Below are positions 9,674-19,900 of a DNA stretch of 64,000 nt, in pieces. Position 1 is the stretch's first letter. Each line of letters begins with the position of its first letter. The notes beneath the pieces were generated by a model that searched no databases, had not been told where the DNA came from, and saw only the letters and a program-made list of their open reading frames with translations. Where the stretch lies: sequence record PP712906.1; one strand, given 5' to 3'. The translations under genes were made by a program, and so were the position numbers.

Positions 9674-10555
9674 ATGCAGGTAAGATGGACAGAAATGTTT
9701 TACAGCATTCAAGGCGAAGGGAAATACACTGGTCAAGCTAGTTTATTCTTTCGCTTCTGGGGTTGTAACTTAGAATGTCACGGCTTCGGGCAAGAAGATC
9801 CGACGAATAAAGATACATGGGTATTAGACTTCAAAGACTACGACCCGAAAGCTAACAACGTGACTTCAGTCGAAGAACTGCCTGTATGGACTCGTGGATG
9901 TGACTCTTCTTACACGTGGGCTAAAAAGTATGCTCATCTTGCTTCAAAGTCTGAAGTTGCAGACGTATGCGAAGCAATGCTTGAGAAACTGCCTAATCGA
10001 GTTTGGGGAGATATTCATTGGGTAATTACAGGTGGTGAGCCGATGATGAATCAAGCTCAAATCATCGAAATGATGAATTACTTCATCAAAATTGACAATT
10101 ATCCAAAACATGTCACGATTGAAACTAATGGTACGCGAGAACTCAAGCCAGAATTTGCAGAGCGTTGGGCGCTAATTCAGTGGAATACGCATCGTAATGT
10201 TCACTTGAGTTTCAGCGTGTCGGCTAAGTTGTACAACGTAACGGGCGAAGTGCATGAAAAAGCAATCAAGCCAAAAGTTGTCAACAAGTATGCACGCATC
10301 GGAGAAGTCTGGCTCAAGCCAGTCGTCGTAGACAAGGAAGCGTGTTGGGACGAGCTTGATGCTGTGATCGCACAGTTCAAAGCAGAACGCAACTTACACA
10401 ACGTTCCAGTGTATATCATGCCATGTGGTGCTACTCAAGAAGAGCAAGAGCAAGATGGTTATATGGCGTCAATCGCAGGGAAAGCATTGGCGCGTGGTTA
10501 CAACGTTTCTGTACGAACACACGTATGGATTTGGGGTAACGCGGTGGGCACGTAA
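9674..10555 (+). CDS. queE: 7-carboxy-7-deazaguanine synthase (radical SAM)
   Basis: EMFYSIQGEG, RFWGCNLEC...CDSSYTW, ITGGEP, IETNGT. Confidence 0.93.
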   Translation: MQVRWTEMFYSIQGEGKYTGQASLFFRFWGCNLECHGFGQEDPTNKDTWVLDFKDYDPKANNVTSVEELPVWTRGCDSSYTWAKKYAHLASKSEVADVCEAMLEKLPNRVWGDIHWVITGGEPMMNQAQIIEMMNYFIKIDNYPKHVTIETNGTRELKPEFAERWALIQWNTHRNVHLSFSVSAKLYNVTGEVHEKAIKPKVVNKYARIGEVWLKPVVVDKEACWDELDAVIAQFKAERNLHNVPVYIMPCGATQEEQEQDGYMASIAGKALARGYNVSVRTHVWIWGNAVGT

Positions 10556-10566
10556 GTGCCCTTTTA
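10546..10566 (+). terminator. intrinsic terminator
   Basis: GGGCAC-GTAA-GTGCCC plus TTTT. Confidence 0.65.
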
Positions 10567-10590
10567 TTCCCTTTGAAGTGAGAAATTATT

Positions 10591-10845
10591 ATGATTCTAT
10601 TTGGTCACGTGGTTGGTACAATCGGTATGATTCTAATCTGTCTAGCATTCTGGATGGTGACGAGTGAAAAATATAAGCCTACCGATGATAAGTACTTGTG
10701 GACTAATATGTCGGGTGCTATACTGCTTACGATTAGCTTGCTAATCAACTTCAATCTCGGTAGCTTCATGATTGAGCTATTCTGGATTTACATTAGCGGC
10801 ACCGCGCTATACAAGAACTACAAATTGCGAAAAAACGCTAAATAG
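10591..10845 (+). CDS. small multi-TM membrane protein (CBU_0592-like)
   Basis: Three hydrophobic segments, Y...N..GA.LL..S pattern. Confidence 0.65.
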   Translation: MILFGHVVGTIGMILICLAFWMVTSEKYKPTDDKYLWTNMSGAILLTISLLINFNLGSFMIELFWIYISGTALYKNYKLRKNAK

Positions 10846-10848
10846 TAG

Positions 10849-10876
10849 TTGATAAGCTTGTCGATTCGTGTATAAT
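10849..10876 (+). promoter_or_regulatory. early promoter
   Basis: TTGATA-16 nt-TATAAT; -10 lies inside an 11-bp inverted repeat (10858-10893). Confidence 0.7.
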
Positions 10877-10910
10877 CAACTGCGAATCGACAAACAAACT
10901 GGAGAATCTA

Positions 10911-11069
10911 ATGTCTAAAAATAAAAAGCCAAGCAATAAGCCACAAAACTTCGTTGCAAAGCACATGAATACTTTCAATCATGCTTCAGTTGAAGAAGAT
11001 AGAAAGAAGAAATCAAAGCGTTTAACTAAGCGCAAAATGAAACACAAAGGGAAAGCCTATGATGAATGA
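10911..11069 (+). CDS. small basic protein (52 aa; not in ORF track)
   Basis: GGAGA RBS; MSKNKKPSNKPQNFVAKHMNTFNHASVEEDRKKK... Confidence 0.7.
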   Translation: MSKNKKPSNKPQNFVAKHMNTFNHASVEEDRKKKSKRLTKRKMKHKGKAYDE

Positions 11070-11358
11070 TGTTTTAGCTGGTATACCCATGCCGCCTCAG
11101 AAACCCAAGTTCATCCCAGAATCTGACGACCATCAATTCTTTCACGATTGTGCTGGGTTTGATTGGTTCTATCAATTCAGTGATGATCACAGCGTATATC
11201 TTCGCGGTGAACGTGAATTGTCTAAGCTAAAGTCGCGAATGACAAACGAACGCAGAAATAAAATCTATGAAGCGTGGTGTCAGTATATGTTCAGCGGTCC
11301 CAATTTCGGGCTAGAGCAACACCCTGAACCAAAGTGGGAAGATTTTAAAGATGCATAA
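11059..11358 (+). CDS. hypothetical protein
   Basis: ORF in a coupled early operon. Confidence 0.7.
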   Translation: MMNDVLAGIPMPPQKPKFIPESDDHQFFHDCAGFDWFYQFSDDHSVYLRGERELSKLKSRMTNERRNKIYEAWCQYMFSGPNFGLEQHPEPKWEDFKDA

Positions 11359-11620
11359 AGATGTACTCGGCAATGTAATCGAAATGAAAGATATTGTGTT
11401 TCGTCTTTCGAAAGAGAGATTATGCGTCGAACCGTGCATCGTAACCGGGTTTACACAGTACAAAGTGCTGTTAAATGATGGTCTTCAATGCGACCCAAAT
11501 CGTGTCGTCGTTGTGACCGAACAAATTCAAAATAACGGTATCGACTTGTGGTCAAACACACTCGAATTCAAATATCGTGAGTATATCATCAAAGGCTATA
11601 AACGCCTGCAAAATAAGTGA
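11351..11620 (+). CDS. hypothetical protein
   Basis: ORF in a coupled early operon. Confidence 0.7.
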   Translation: MHKDVLGNVIEMKDIVFRLSKERLCVEPCIVTGFTQYKVLLNDGLQCDPNRVVVVTEQIQNNGIDLWSNTLEFKYREYIIKGYKRLQNK

Positions 11621-11627
11621 GAAAAAC

Positions 11628-11900
11628 ATGACATTCTTTCAAAAACTAGTAGCAATCTTCACCAACACTCCTCGTCCAACAGAAGACATTCTTGAAGACA
11701 TGAATCAGAAAGCGAACGAACTTCGCGCACGTGCTCAATTTGACCAAGAACAAATTGAAGCAAACGAAGCTGAAGAGCGTCGCGCACGTGAAGAAGTCGA
11801 GCGTCGTGCGCAAGAACTGGCAGCGCGAAATGCAGTCCATGCGCAGTCTAAAGAGCGTGCAGAACGTGTTGCGAAGCGAGTTGAAGAATTCACTGCGTAA
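11628..11900 (+). CDS. coiled-coil hypothetical protein (90 aa)
   Basis: E/R/A-rich helix; followed by a hairpin and T-tract. Confidence 0.7.
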   Translation: MTFFQKLVAIFTNTPRPTEDILEDMNQKANELRARAQFDQEQIEANEAEERRAREEVERRAQELAARNAVHAQSKERAERVAKRVEEFTA

Positions 11901-11985
11901 TGTTCTAGAAACGTAACACAATCCCTAAAAAGCCTCGTTAATGTGCTCATTCAGTAACATTATCACGGGGCTTTTTTGTGTCTGT

Positions 11986-11993
11986 CATAAATA
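11986..11993 (+). promoter_or_regulatory. late promoter
   Basis: CATAAATA upstream of ORF 12015. Confidence 0.6.
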
Positions 11994-12014
11994 CAAATAA
12001 AATGTGAGGATGCA

Positions 12015-13133
12015 ATGAAAAATCTAAAATCTTTTATGGAAGAACTTCAATCATTGAACGAAGTCTTCATTCGTGGCGGTCGACCACGAAACGGGTCTAA
12101 GGTTCTTGCGAACGGCAAGAACATTTGGGTATGGAATAGCGATAGAGAGTTCGAACGCCTAGCGCCATTTATCAATCGCGAACTAGGAACCGACTTTGAA
12201 GAAGAGTACGATCTAGACTCGTGGTACGAAGAGGGCGCACAAGCGGTATACGCGACGATTGAAAACGGCAAGCTAGATATGCAAGGGCAATCATCTTATC
12301 GCCCGTCTGTAGCGTCTGACACGCTTCGCAAGACTATTAAAGCCCTGAACCTGAACGGCGTGACTCGTCGAACGCAATCATTTAACCCTGATTACGATGA
12401 AGTTGAGCACGATTTCGAGACCGACCGTCGAGAATTCAACAAGAAACTGTCTCAGAAGACGTTCTATCACGGTACATCGACTACGTTCATCGAATCAATG
12501 TTGAAATTTGGTCTGAAACCGAATCCGAATGAAACTCAATTCGATAATATTGAACATGCTGATAAAGTCTTTATTACAACAGAACTTGACAAAGCAATGT
12601 TCCACGCGACACACTCAGCGAACCGAAACAACTCGTTCCCTGTGATTATCGAGCTACGCATTCCAGACGAAAGCAAGCTTGTATCTGACTATGACGTTGT
12701 AATTGATGTTCTAGGCGCTAATTCAGAAGAAGCATCCGAGCTTGGGTATGCTGACATCTTCTATCAAATGCCACATTCGCGTGGTGACGGTACGAAGTAT
12801 CACAGAGACGACATCGAAAGTCGATTTGGTAAACGTCTAGGTGGATTGAGTACTCGCATCGGTATCTTCGGGTACAAAGGTCGAATCCCTGCAAGTCATT
12901 TCAATTTCATCTACGCTGACGGTGACGTAATCGAAGAGTCAATGCCAGAAATGTATTGGGAAATGGACGGCGAATTCGATATGGCAGAAATGCGTACTGA
13001 ATCAGTCAATCACCGTTCGTTCGACTACTGGGATCAATTCAAACCCACTAAATTCATTGCTCACTTCGAAGAACTTTGGGATGATCTCAAAGATGAATAC
13101 GAAGACGAGGAAGAAGACGAAGATTGGGACTAA
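12015..13133 (+). CDS. ADP-ribosyltransferase-fold protein with capsid-targeting-like N-terminus
   Basis: FYHGTS...GLKP...VFITT...VIIEL ART-like core; N-terminus MKNLKSFMEELQSLNE. Confidence 0.65.
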   Translation: MKNLKSFMEELQSLNEVFIRGGRPRNGSKVLANGKNIWVWNSDREFERLAPFINRELGTDFEEEYDLDSWYEEGAQAVYATIENGKLDMQGQSSYRPSVASDTLRKTIKALNLNGVTRRTQSFNPDYDEVEHDFETDRREFNKKLSQKTFYHGTSTTFIESMLKFGLKPNPNETQFDNIEHADKVFITTELDKAMFHATHSANRNNSFPVIIELRIPDESKLVSDYDVVIDVLGANSEEASELGYADIFYQMPHSRGDGTKYHRDDIESRFGKRLGGLSTRIGIFGYKGRIPASHFNFIYADGDVIEESMPEMYWEMDGEFDMAEMRTESVNHRSFDYWDQFKPTKFIAHFEELWDDLKDEYEDEEEDEDWD

Positions 13134-13175
13134 ATACTAGGGAGCAATAACGCTCCCTTTTTTTAGGACTGAATC

Positions 13176-13661
13176 ATGTATAAATGTAAACATTTCAAAA
13201 TCCAAGAGCTTGTAACTCCACAAATGCACGCTGCATGGGGTGAAAGATGTTGGTCACTTTTCGATGACCGTCTATTACGCACGCTAGACGCGCTCAGAGA
13301 ACGTTTCGGTCCCTGCACCATAAACGATTGGAGTTGGGGCGGATCGTTCAAATACAGCGGTTTCAGAGACGAAAACTTCTACGGATCGACACAAAAGTAC
13401 CTTGATAGCCGTTCTCAGCACAAATACGGTCGTGCAGCCGACTGCAAATTCAGAAATCACACCGCAGATCAAGTGCGTAAATACATCTTAGAGAACCCAG
13501 AAGAATTCCCTTATGTGAAATTCATTGAATGTAGCCCGCTTGCAAACGGAACATCTATGTCATGGGTTCACATCGACGTACGTAACAGCGAAGATGTTCA
13601 ATGTTGGTCTCCAAAAGAAGGCTTTATTGATGCTGACGAAGTAATCCGCAGAAAACTTTAG
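13176..13661 (+). CDS. peptidase M15 family endolysin
   Basis: SQHKYGRAAD and WVHID Zn-binding motifs. Confidence 0.88.
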   Translation: MYKCKHFKIQELVTPQMHAAWGERCWSLFDDRLLRTLDALRERFGPCTINDWSWGGSFKYSGFRDENFYGSTQKYLDSRSQHKYGRAADCKFRNHTADQVRKYILENPEEFPYVKFIECSPLANGTSMSWVHIDVRNSEDVQCWSPKEGFIDADEVIRRKL

Positions 13662-13725
13662 TTTATCTGCCGATACATTGCCGTTACTATAAATCTGTCA
13701 AACAACACAACAAAAGGTCTACTAC

Positions 13726-14433
13726 ATGGGCAAAAAGAAGAACTCTGAAGAACGCACACTACAACGCATTGAGTTACTGACCTTCAACCAAGAGCAATAC
13801 GCGGCTGCATTGCAGGAAGAAGTCGGTGAAGACGGCTCAGGTGCATTTGTATTTGCGATTGGTTCTGCGGGTACAGGTAAGACATGGCTTGCAACGACTC
13901 TAGGTGCAGACATGTACTCAGCTTTTGACTACACCGAATTCATCATCTTGAAACCTACGCTATCATGCGGTGAAGAACTCGGTTACTTACCCGGTACTCT
14001 TGAAGAAAAGATGGAACCTTGGATTCAAACAGTAACGCAGCCATTGAAAGACCGACTAGGCGCAGATAAATTCAAATGCGACTGGAACAAACGCATTCAC
14101 GCTGAACCCATTCAATTCGTTCGAGGCAAGACATTCGACAACTGTTTCATCGTCGTCGATGAAGCTCAGAACTTAACTAAAACTGAAATTCAGACCATCA
14201 TGACTCGTATCGGCGAGAATACGAAAATGGTTTTCTGTGGCGACTTGAAACAAGACGACCACAAGATGATCTATCGTACTGGTCAGAAAGAAATTAGTGG
14301 TCTAGCGTGGATGGTCAATGAAATTCGTAATCAGCAACGCTCAGGCATCGAGATTATTGAGTTCACAAACAAGGACGTAGTTCGTTCTGGTGCTTGTAAG
14401 CTTGCTCTTGACATCATCGACAAGGCTCAATAA
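13726..14433 (+). CDS. phoH: PhoH family ATPase
   Basis: GSAGTGKT, LGYLPG.LEEK..PW, RGKTF, DEAQN, GDLKQ. Confidence 0.95.
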   Translation: MGKKKNSEERTLQRIELLTFNQEQYAAALQEEVGEDGSGAFVFAIGSAGTGKTWLATTLGADMYSAFDYTEFIILKPTLSCGEELGYLPGTLEEKMEPWIQTVTQPLKDRLGADKFKCDWNKRIHAEPIQFVRGKTFDNCFIVVDEAQNLTKTEIQTIMTRIGENTKMVFCGDLKQDDHKMIYRTGQKEISGLAWMVNEIRNQQRSGIEIIEFTNKDVVRSGACKLALDIIDKAQ

Positions 14434-14741
14434 TGGGAAAAATGATTGTAAATCAGACTGTGAAAATCACTGATACAGGCAATTTCAATACACTAGTCAA
14501 GTACTGGTATGCAGTCGGCGGAACTAACGATTCGGTTGAGCTTCAATTAGAAGTCGGCGAAATCGTTAATATCAAGACGTTCCAAGACCCGACAGTGCCT
14601 GGTGGCGTGTATTCTCACATTACAAAAACTTCGAAACATTACACGAACGTACTCGGCGTTTTAATTCAAGACCGTAATTCACCGGATTACGACATGAAGA
14701 AAGACCGACATAGAATTCAGGTAACTTCGAAACTCAATTAA
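14433..14741 (+). CDS. hypothetical protein
   Basis: Coupled to phoH; terminator GCGCC-TTCG-GGCGC-T8 follows. Confidence 0.7.
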   Translation: MGKMIVNQTVKITDTGNFNTLVKYWYAVGGTNDSVELQLEVGEIVNIKTFQDPTVPGGVYSHITKTSKHYTNVLGVLIQDRNSPDYDMKKDRHRIQVTSKLN

Positions 14742-14815
14742 CAAAGCGCCTTCGGGCGCTTTTTTTGTTTAGAACTCCCTAAACTTACATTAAAATATCT
14801 AGACGGGAGGTGTCG

Positions 14816-15031
14816 ATGAAAGACAAGCAACAATTGAAAGTTCGATGTTCTATTCATATCGCAGAACAACTAATGCAGTTACCCGAATTTCGTGACATGT
14901 CGGTTACGAAAATCTTCCAAACACTATCTACAGATTATCTCAACAAGAGTGCGTTTCAGCACGTCGGGGCGATTAATGGAAAGAGCAGAAATCATCATTC
15001 CTACGAAAAGTGTAAGGAATGCGGGGTATGA
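14816..15031 (+). CDS. possible ribbon-helix-helix protein
   Basis: GGGAGG RBS; beta-strand 'QLKVRCS' followed by two helices. Confidence 0.45.
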   Translation: MKDKQQLKVRCSIHIAEQLMQLPEFRDMSVTKIFQTLSTDYLNKSAFQHVGAINGKSRNHHSYEKCKECGV

Positions 15032-15707
15032 GTTCGAAGTGATCGATACTAGCAAACTCGATCACTATCACGTGCGCTGTGTTACAAACACACTGTACGA
15101 CAATAGAATCAAAGGGTCAAAACTAGATGGTTTCAGAGCAGAAATTACGCTAATGGACGCGGAATCCCTAGTTTTTTTAAACTCGATGAATCTATATGCT
15201 AACTTCACTGAATCTAACAGAGCAAACAACGGCATGAAGCGTATCAAATCGGCAAGATACGACTATCATCATTATTATCAGCAACAAGAAGATTGGTTCA
15301 AATCAATATTACGTCAACACAAAATCAAAGTGAAATATCCAAACGGAGAGACTCGCGAGAAATTACCGATGTTCTACACGTGCGGGTTGCGACTTTCGAA
15401 CGTTCGACGTTCAGCGGATAAAGCATGTGCAATGCTCGTTCTAGATGAGAATCAAAAGCCGAAGCTGTATGCATTTGCAATAGGTAAACTTAGGTATGTT
15501 GTAGACGCTTATGACAAGACTGCTAACCTAAACTGTCCGGCGCAGATCGGGAAGAAGACGGTTGACGTTATTGAGTGTTTAGACTATAATGATGAAGACG
15601 ATTGGAATGATGAAAATGAACTCGAAGAAGTTCACAAAAAGATTGTTATTCCAGATGTATCCGATTTAGATAAAGTATTAATGTCGTTAGACGAAGAAGA
15701 GTTTTAA
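14976..15707 (+). CDS. hypothetical protein (243 aa, acidic C-terminus)
   Basis: Long ORF; start inferred at MERAE. Confidence 0.7.
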   Translation: MERAEIIIPTKSVRNAGYEFEVIDTSKLDHYHVRCVTNTLYDNRIKGSKLDGFRAEITLMDAESLVFLNSMNLYANFTESNRANNGMKRIKSARYDYHHYYQQQEDWFKSILRQHKIKVKYPNGETREKLPMFYTCGLRLSNVRRSADKACAMLVLDENQKPKLYAFAIGKLRYVVDAYDKTANLNCPAQIGKKTVDVIECLDYNDEDDWNDENELEEVHKKIVIPDVSDLDKVLMSLDEEEF

Positions 15708-15710
15708 TTT

Positions 15711-16010
15711 ATGAAAGAAGTATCAACAACAACTTACAAAAGCACTCCAGAACTGGCTCTTGATATTGCAGCATATGCATCACTGTTAGTCAAGTTGGGA
15801 TATGATGAGTGTGTCACAAATCAGAAACTCTTTGTTGAAATGTGCAATGAAGCAGGATTTAGAACTACAACGGGCAAAGAATTCACGCAGATGTCGTTTC
15901 GACAGATGTTTGCTCGTCTTCCGCAAGGAACTAAGCGCGAAGTTCGTGAATCGTTCTCGTGGGGTAATGTCCCGCAAGGTGAATCAATTTTAGAAAGCAT
16001 TTATGTTTAA
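15711..16010 (+). CDS. hypothetical protein, possibly DNA-binding
   Basis: 'CNEAGFRTTTGKEFTQMSFRQM' resembles a recombinase-type HTH segment. Confidence 0.55.
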   Translation: MKEVSTTTYKSTPELALDIAAYASLLVKLGYDECVTNQKLFVEMCNEAGFRTTTGKEFTQMSFRQMFARLPQGTKREVRESFSWGNVPQGESILESIYV

Positions 16011-16018
16011 GGTAAATT

Positions 16019-16315
16019 ATGAATTTTGGAAATGCACTTGAATCTTTAAAAGCCGGTCGAAAAATATCACGCGAAGGTTGGAATGGTAAGGGTATGTTTA
16101 TCGTTCTTATGCCAGCACTTTACTTGCCGCCTTTTAGCACGCAAGACACAATGCGAAAAGTCAATGATCGAACTGCAAAACACATCGGCGAAGATACGCC
16201 ACTAGACAGTCAACCGTATATTGCAATGTTCACGGCTGAACAGAAATGGCAACCGGGATGGGTAGCGTCTCAGGCTGATATTTTAGCTGAAGATTGGGTC
16301 GTTCACGACGAATAA
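16019..16315 (+). CDS. DUF2829 protein (Tad2-like signal sponge)
   Basis: MNFGNALESLKAG.K..R.GWNGKGMF and W.ASQADILAEDW family signature. Confidence 0.85.
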   Translation: MNFGNALESLKAGRKISREGWNGKGMFIVLMPALYLPPFSTQDTMRKVNDRTAKHIGEDTPLDSQPYIAMFTAEQKWQPGWVASQADILAEDWVVHDE

Positions 16316-16354
16316 AGAAAAGGGAGAGTACAACTGTTACTCTCCCTTTTTTTT
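16316..16354. terminator. bidirectional terminator
   Basis: AAGGGAGAGTA/TACTCTCCCTT stem flanked by A- and T-tracts between convergent genes. Confidence 0.8.
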
Positions 16355-16356
16355 GG

Positions 16357-16932
16357 TCACTGTACTTTCTTAGTTCGCTTGTCAATCTCGTGAACTTTAC
16401 TTTCAAGATTGTCAATACGAGTATTAAGCATTTCTCCATCTTTCCCCGTAAAGCGGTCAGTTGAATCAATGTTAATCAATGTCTCGACTCTGGCTAAATC
16501 AGTCTCAATCTTAGAGTAACGTGAATGGGTACTGTCTATCTTAGTAATAATGGCGTTCTGAGTGTTTTTAATACTCTCCACTGAGTTTACTAGATTTTTG
16601 TCGCCCAACTCTGACGCACTCCTCAATGCTCTTACTTCGCTCTCAAGACTACCATAGTTTACAAGCACTTGATCTTGCTTTTTAACGATAAGAGCTTGCG
16701 CTCCTTCTAAGCCAATCAGTTGTTGTGCCTGCGTTGCGTTTGTTAGTTTGATGTCAGTTATTTCTTGCATGATTTTAGCGTTTTGAGCAACTGCGGTTTT
16801 ACCTTGTTCTTGGACAACTTGTAATGCTTCTTGCATACTACCGTAGTTTGTCGCAACGCTCATTGAGGTGATAGCCAGAGGGATAAGAATAGTACCTATA
16901 ACAGCTAACAAAAATTGCGCCATTTTACTCAT
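16357..16932 (-). CDS. membrane-anchored coiled-coil protein (possible lysis protein)
   Basis: N-terminal TM helix and long coiled coil; TATAAATA late promoter at 16980-16987; follows the distal fibres where T4 has its holin. Confidence 0.55.
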   Translation of the reverse strand: MSKMAQFLLAVIGTILIPLAITSMSVATNYGSMQEALQVVQEQGKTAVAQNAKIMQEITDIKLTNATQAQQLIGLEGAQALIVKKQDQVLVNYGSLESEVRALRSASELGDKNLVNSVESIKNTQNAIITKIDSTHSRYSKIETDLARVETLINIDSTDRFTGKDGEMLNTRIDNLESKVHEIDKRTKKVQ

Positions 16933-16982
16933 AGTATTGGTTCCTATGTTGGTTTATCTTATTCTCTGACTGTCAGGTGTAT

Positions 16983-19900
16983 TTATAAACGAAGCAACTT
17001 CTTCCACCATGGGCGTTTAAGCTCTTGTACTTCGTTCTGAAGCGTGTCTACTTTTTCATTAAGCTCTTTAATAGCTTCAATCAAAAGACCGTTCATATTG
17101 CCGTACGCGACTGATAGAATACGATCTTCGTCGTCACTTTCCATCACTGCTTCTGGCAGTACTTTTTCCACTTCTTGCGCAATCACACCCGTTTCACGAA
17201 TATATTCGTCGGAATCGAATGAACTACGCTTGTCATATGTATACCCGTTTAATTCACCTACTTTATTGAGTGCATTGTCAATAAGCTTGATGTTTTTCTT
17301 CAAACGTCGGTCCGAGTACGCTGTCACGTTACCCGGCGCAGTGAAGTTACCAGTTGAATACTGGAATGACCATTGCTTAGTCGTTGAGCTATTCAGCGAC
17401 GAAACGATCTGAGCCGTATGCGCTCCTGAAGAACTCAAAATTGCACCGAATGAGTGCTGATAACGACCACCCGAGTGGTTAATATCACCTTTCATAAAAG
17501 CATGATATTCACTAGTACCCGAACTTGATTTGTAGTGATAAAATGGGGCTTGTGACGTGTAATGCGAAGCATACGAATAAGATGCCGCAGATCCGTAAGC
17601 CGTCATCCTACCCGTAGACAACAATGCACTTTGAACTGTTACATCAGTAAAGTCATTCCCATAGTTGACAATCAAGTTTGACGTTGTACCTACTAATGCT
17701 CGCTTATCACGAATCTTGAAATCTTGACCGCCATTTGAGCTAATCAAAGAAGACCCGAGATAGGTTGCTGTGGTAGCAGTCGTAGCCGATGTCGCCGTCG
17801 TAGCCGATGTCGCGTTGCCACTCAGAGAACCCACGAATGTCGGCGCTGTTACACTATGTGCAAACACCGCAGTTCCGTTTTCGTTCAATCTGAAATCATC
17901 AGATGCACTACCGTTGTATCTAAACGCCATGACGCCGTTTTGATGGTCAAGCTGCCAGTAGTTATCGCTGTACGTGCTGTCCATCAAGTTCAACTGAACG
18001 TTCGTGTGTCGAATCGTCAACTGTCCATTGATCGTATCCCCTGCTTTGCTAACCGCACCAATTTCAGCCAATGACCATGCAACGTTAGCAGATCCGTTTA
18101 CTGATTTGCCAGTGTTACCGATTGTCAATGTACGAGCAGTTGTCCATGTGTCGGCATTCGGGTGATAAATGTCGGTGAATACCTGAGCCCATGATTTCCA
18201 TATACCATTCTCTTGCGTTCGAACAAACCATTTATTCAAACGCCAGTCACTTGCCAGTTGAGTTTGCCACAAATCACTATATGATTGTGTCAAAACTGCA
18301 TGGTCTTGACCCGACGGCTTATTAGTAGCAGTTGACGTAGCATACATGAATGAATATCCGCTACCATCACCCGCTGTATCGAGGTTGCTCGTGCTAATGT
18401 CAGACAAATATGGCGTTAAGATTCTTCCAGTGAATGTATCCCCTGCAACATTTGCGAATCGAGCATTGGATTCAGCTTCAGTGTAGTAACGACCATCGTG
18501 AGTATGAGAGTCATTTGCCACGGTAACTGTCATTGTCGCATTTGAGCTACCGTCAAACGAAACTGCGCCACTCACATCGCCGTTTAGCGTCAGCGTACGA
18601 GCAGTTGTCCATTTGTCAGCATTTGGGTGATAACCGTCATGAAATACATTGTTGCTTCCGTATTTCAAAATCCCATCAACTGAAGACAATACCCCATCAA
18701 TACCCCAGAAATTCGAGTGATAGTTGCCGCTTGTATTGACAAACTCATGGTAAACTTCAACAGTATAGTTCGATGTGTGCCATGTCGAAACAGCAGGATC
18801 CCCATCTACATCAATGAAGAAATTTATTCTATTACTGCTTGCGCCTGATTGAGTAGTATTAACAACCGTCCATGCACCGTTGATATTAGTGAATGTCGCG
18901 CTAGATGCCGTGTCAGTAGTTCCAGTGCCCGTAATTACAGCTCGTACACGAATAGAGCCTTGCGTAATCGCAGCCCCATTTTGGTCTAACAACTTAGCAG
19001 GAGCATTGATGTTTACTGCATAGTCTCGGCGATACTTGTACATCCCTCCGTAGAAATCACCCGTGATCTCTTTAGCTGTCCATGTTACATTACTCGTACC
19101 ATCTACTGACTTACCAGTGTTACCGATTGTCAACGTCCTTGCAGTTGTCCATTTATCAGCATTCGGGTGATAAGCATCGTGAAACACACGTTGGTTTACT
19201 TTCGCGAAAATCTCACCTTCAACTTCAAGACCAGCAGGTGATGCAATTGAGCCATTATCACGAATGATCAATGCTTGACCGTTGCCACCAGCCGTGTTAA
19301 TATCACCGTCAGTGATCTCGTGAATCAACTCAAGGTTTTGACCAGCACTTGTAATCCAGTTGATGCCTGAATTGTTGTTTGCGTAATCAGTTTCATTGAA
19401 ACTCAAACGCCCGCCAGCTTTGCTAATTGCAACGTTACCAGTGAACGTATCGCCAGCCACGTTAGCAAAACGAGCATCAGATTCTGTTTCAGTGTAGTAA
19501 CGACCATCATGCGTGTGTGAATCGTTCGCTACAGTCGCTGTAACGGTCACAGTTGCGTTAGCCGACCCATCAATCGTCATAGACGCAGAACCGCTTACAT
19601 CGCCCGTTAGAGTCGTTGTGAGCGTGCGTGCAGTTGTCCACTTATCAGCATTTGGATGATAACCGTCGTGAAACACATTGTTATCTTTGTACTTGATCGC
19701 AGTTGTATTAACAACAAACCCACTTGCAGTCGCTGAACCGACTTGCAACGTACCATCAGTACGAACTAGAGACGAGCCGAAGTATACCCCAGTTGTAAAT
19801 GCGGCTTGGTCATTGATTCTCAACCATGAATCAAATCCGCGAAATGCAGTTTTCGCGTTGATGTCAATGTTCTCAATGCCGAAGTTTGCTGCCGTTGCAT

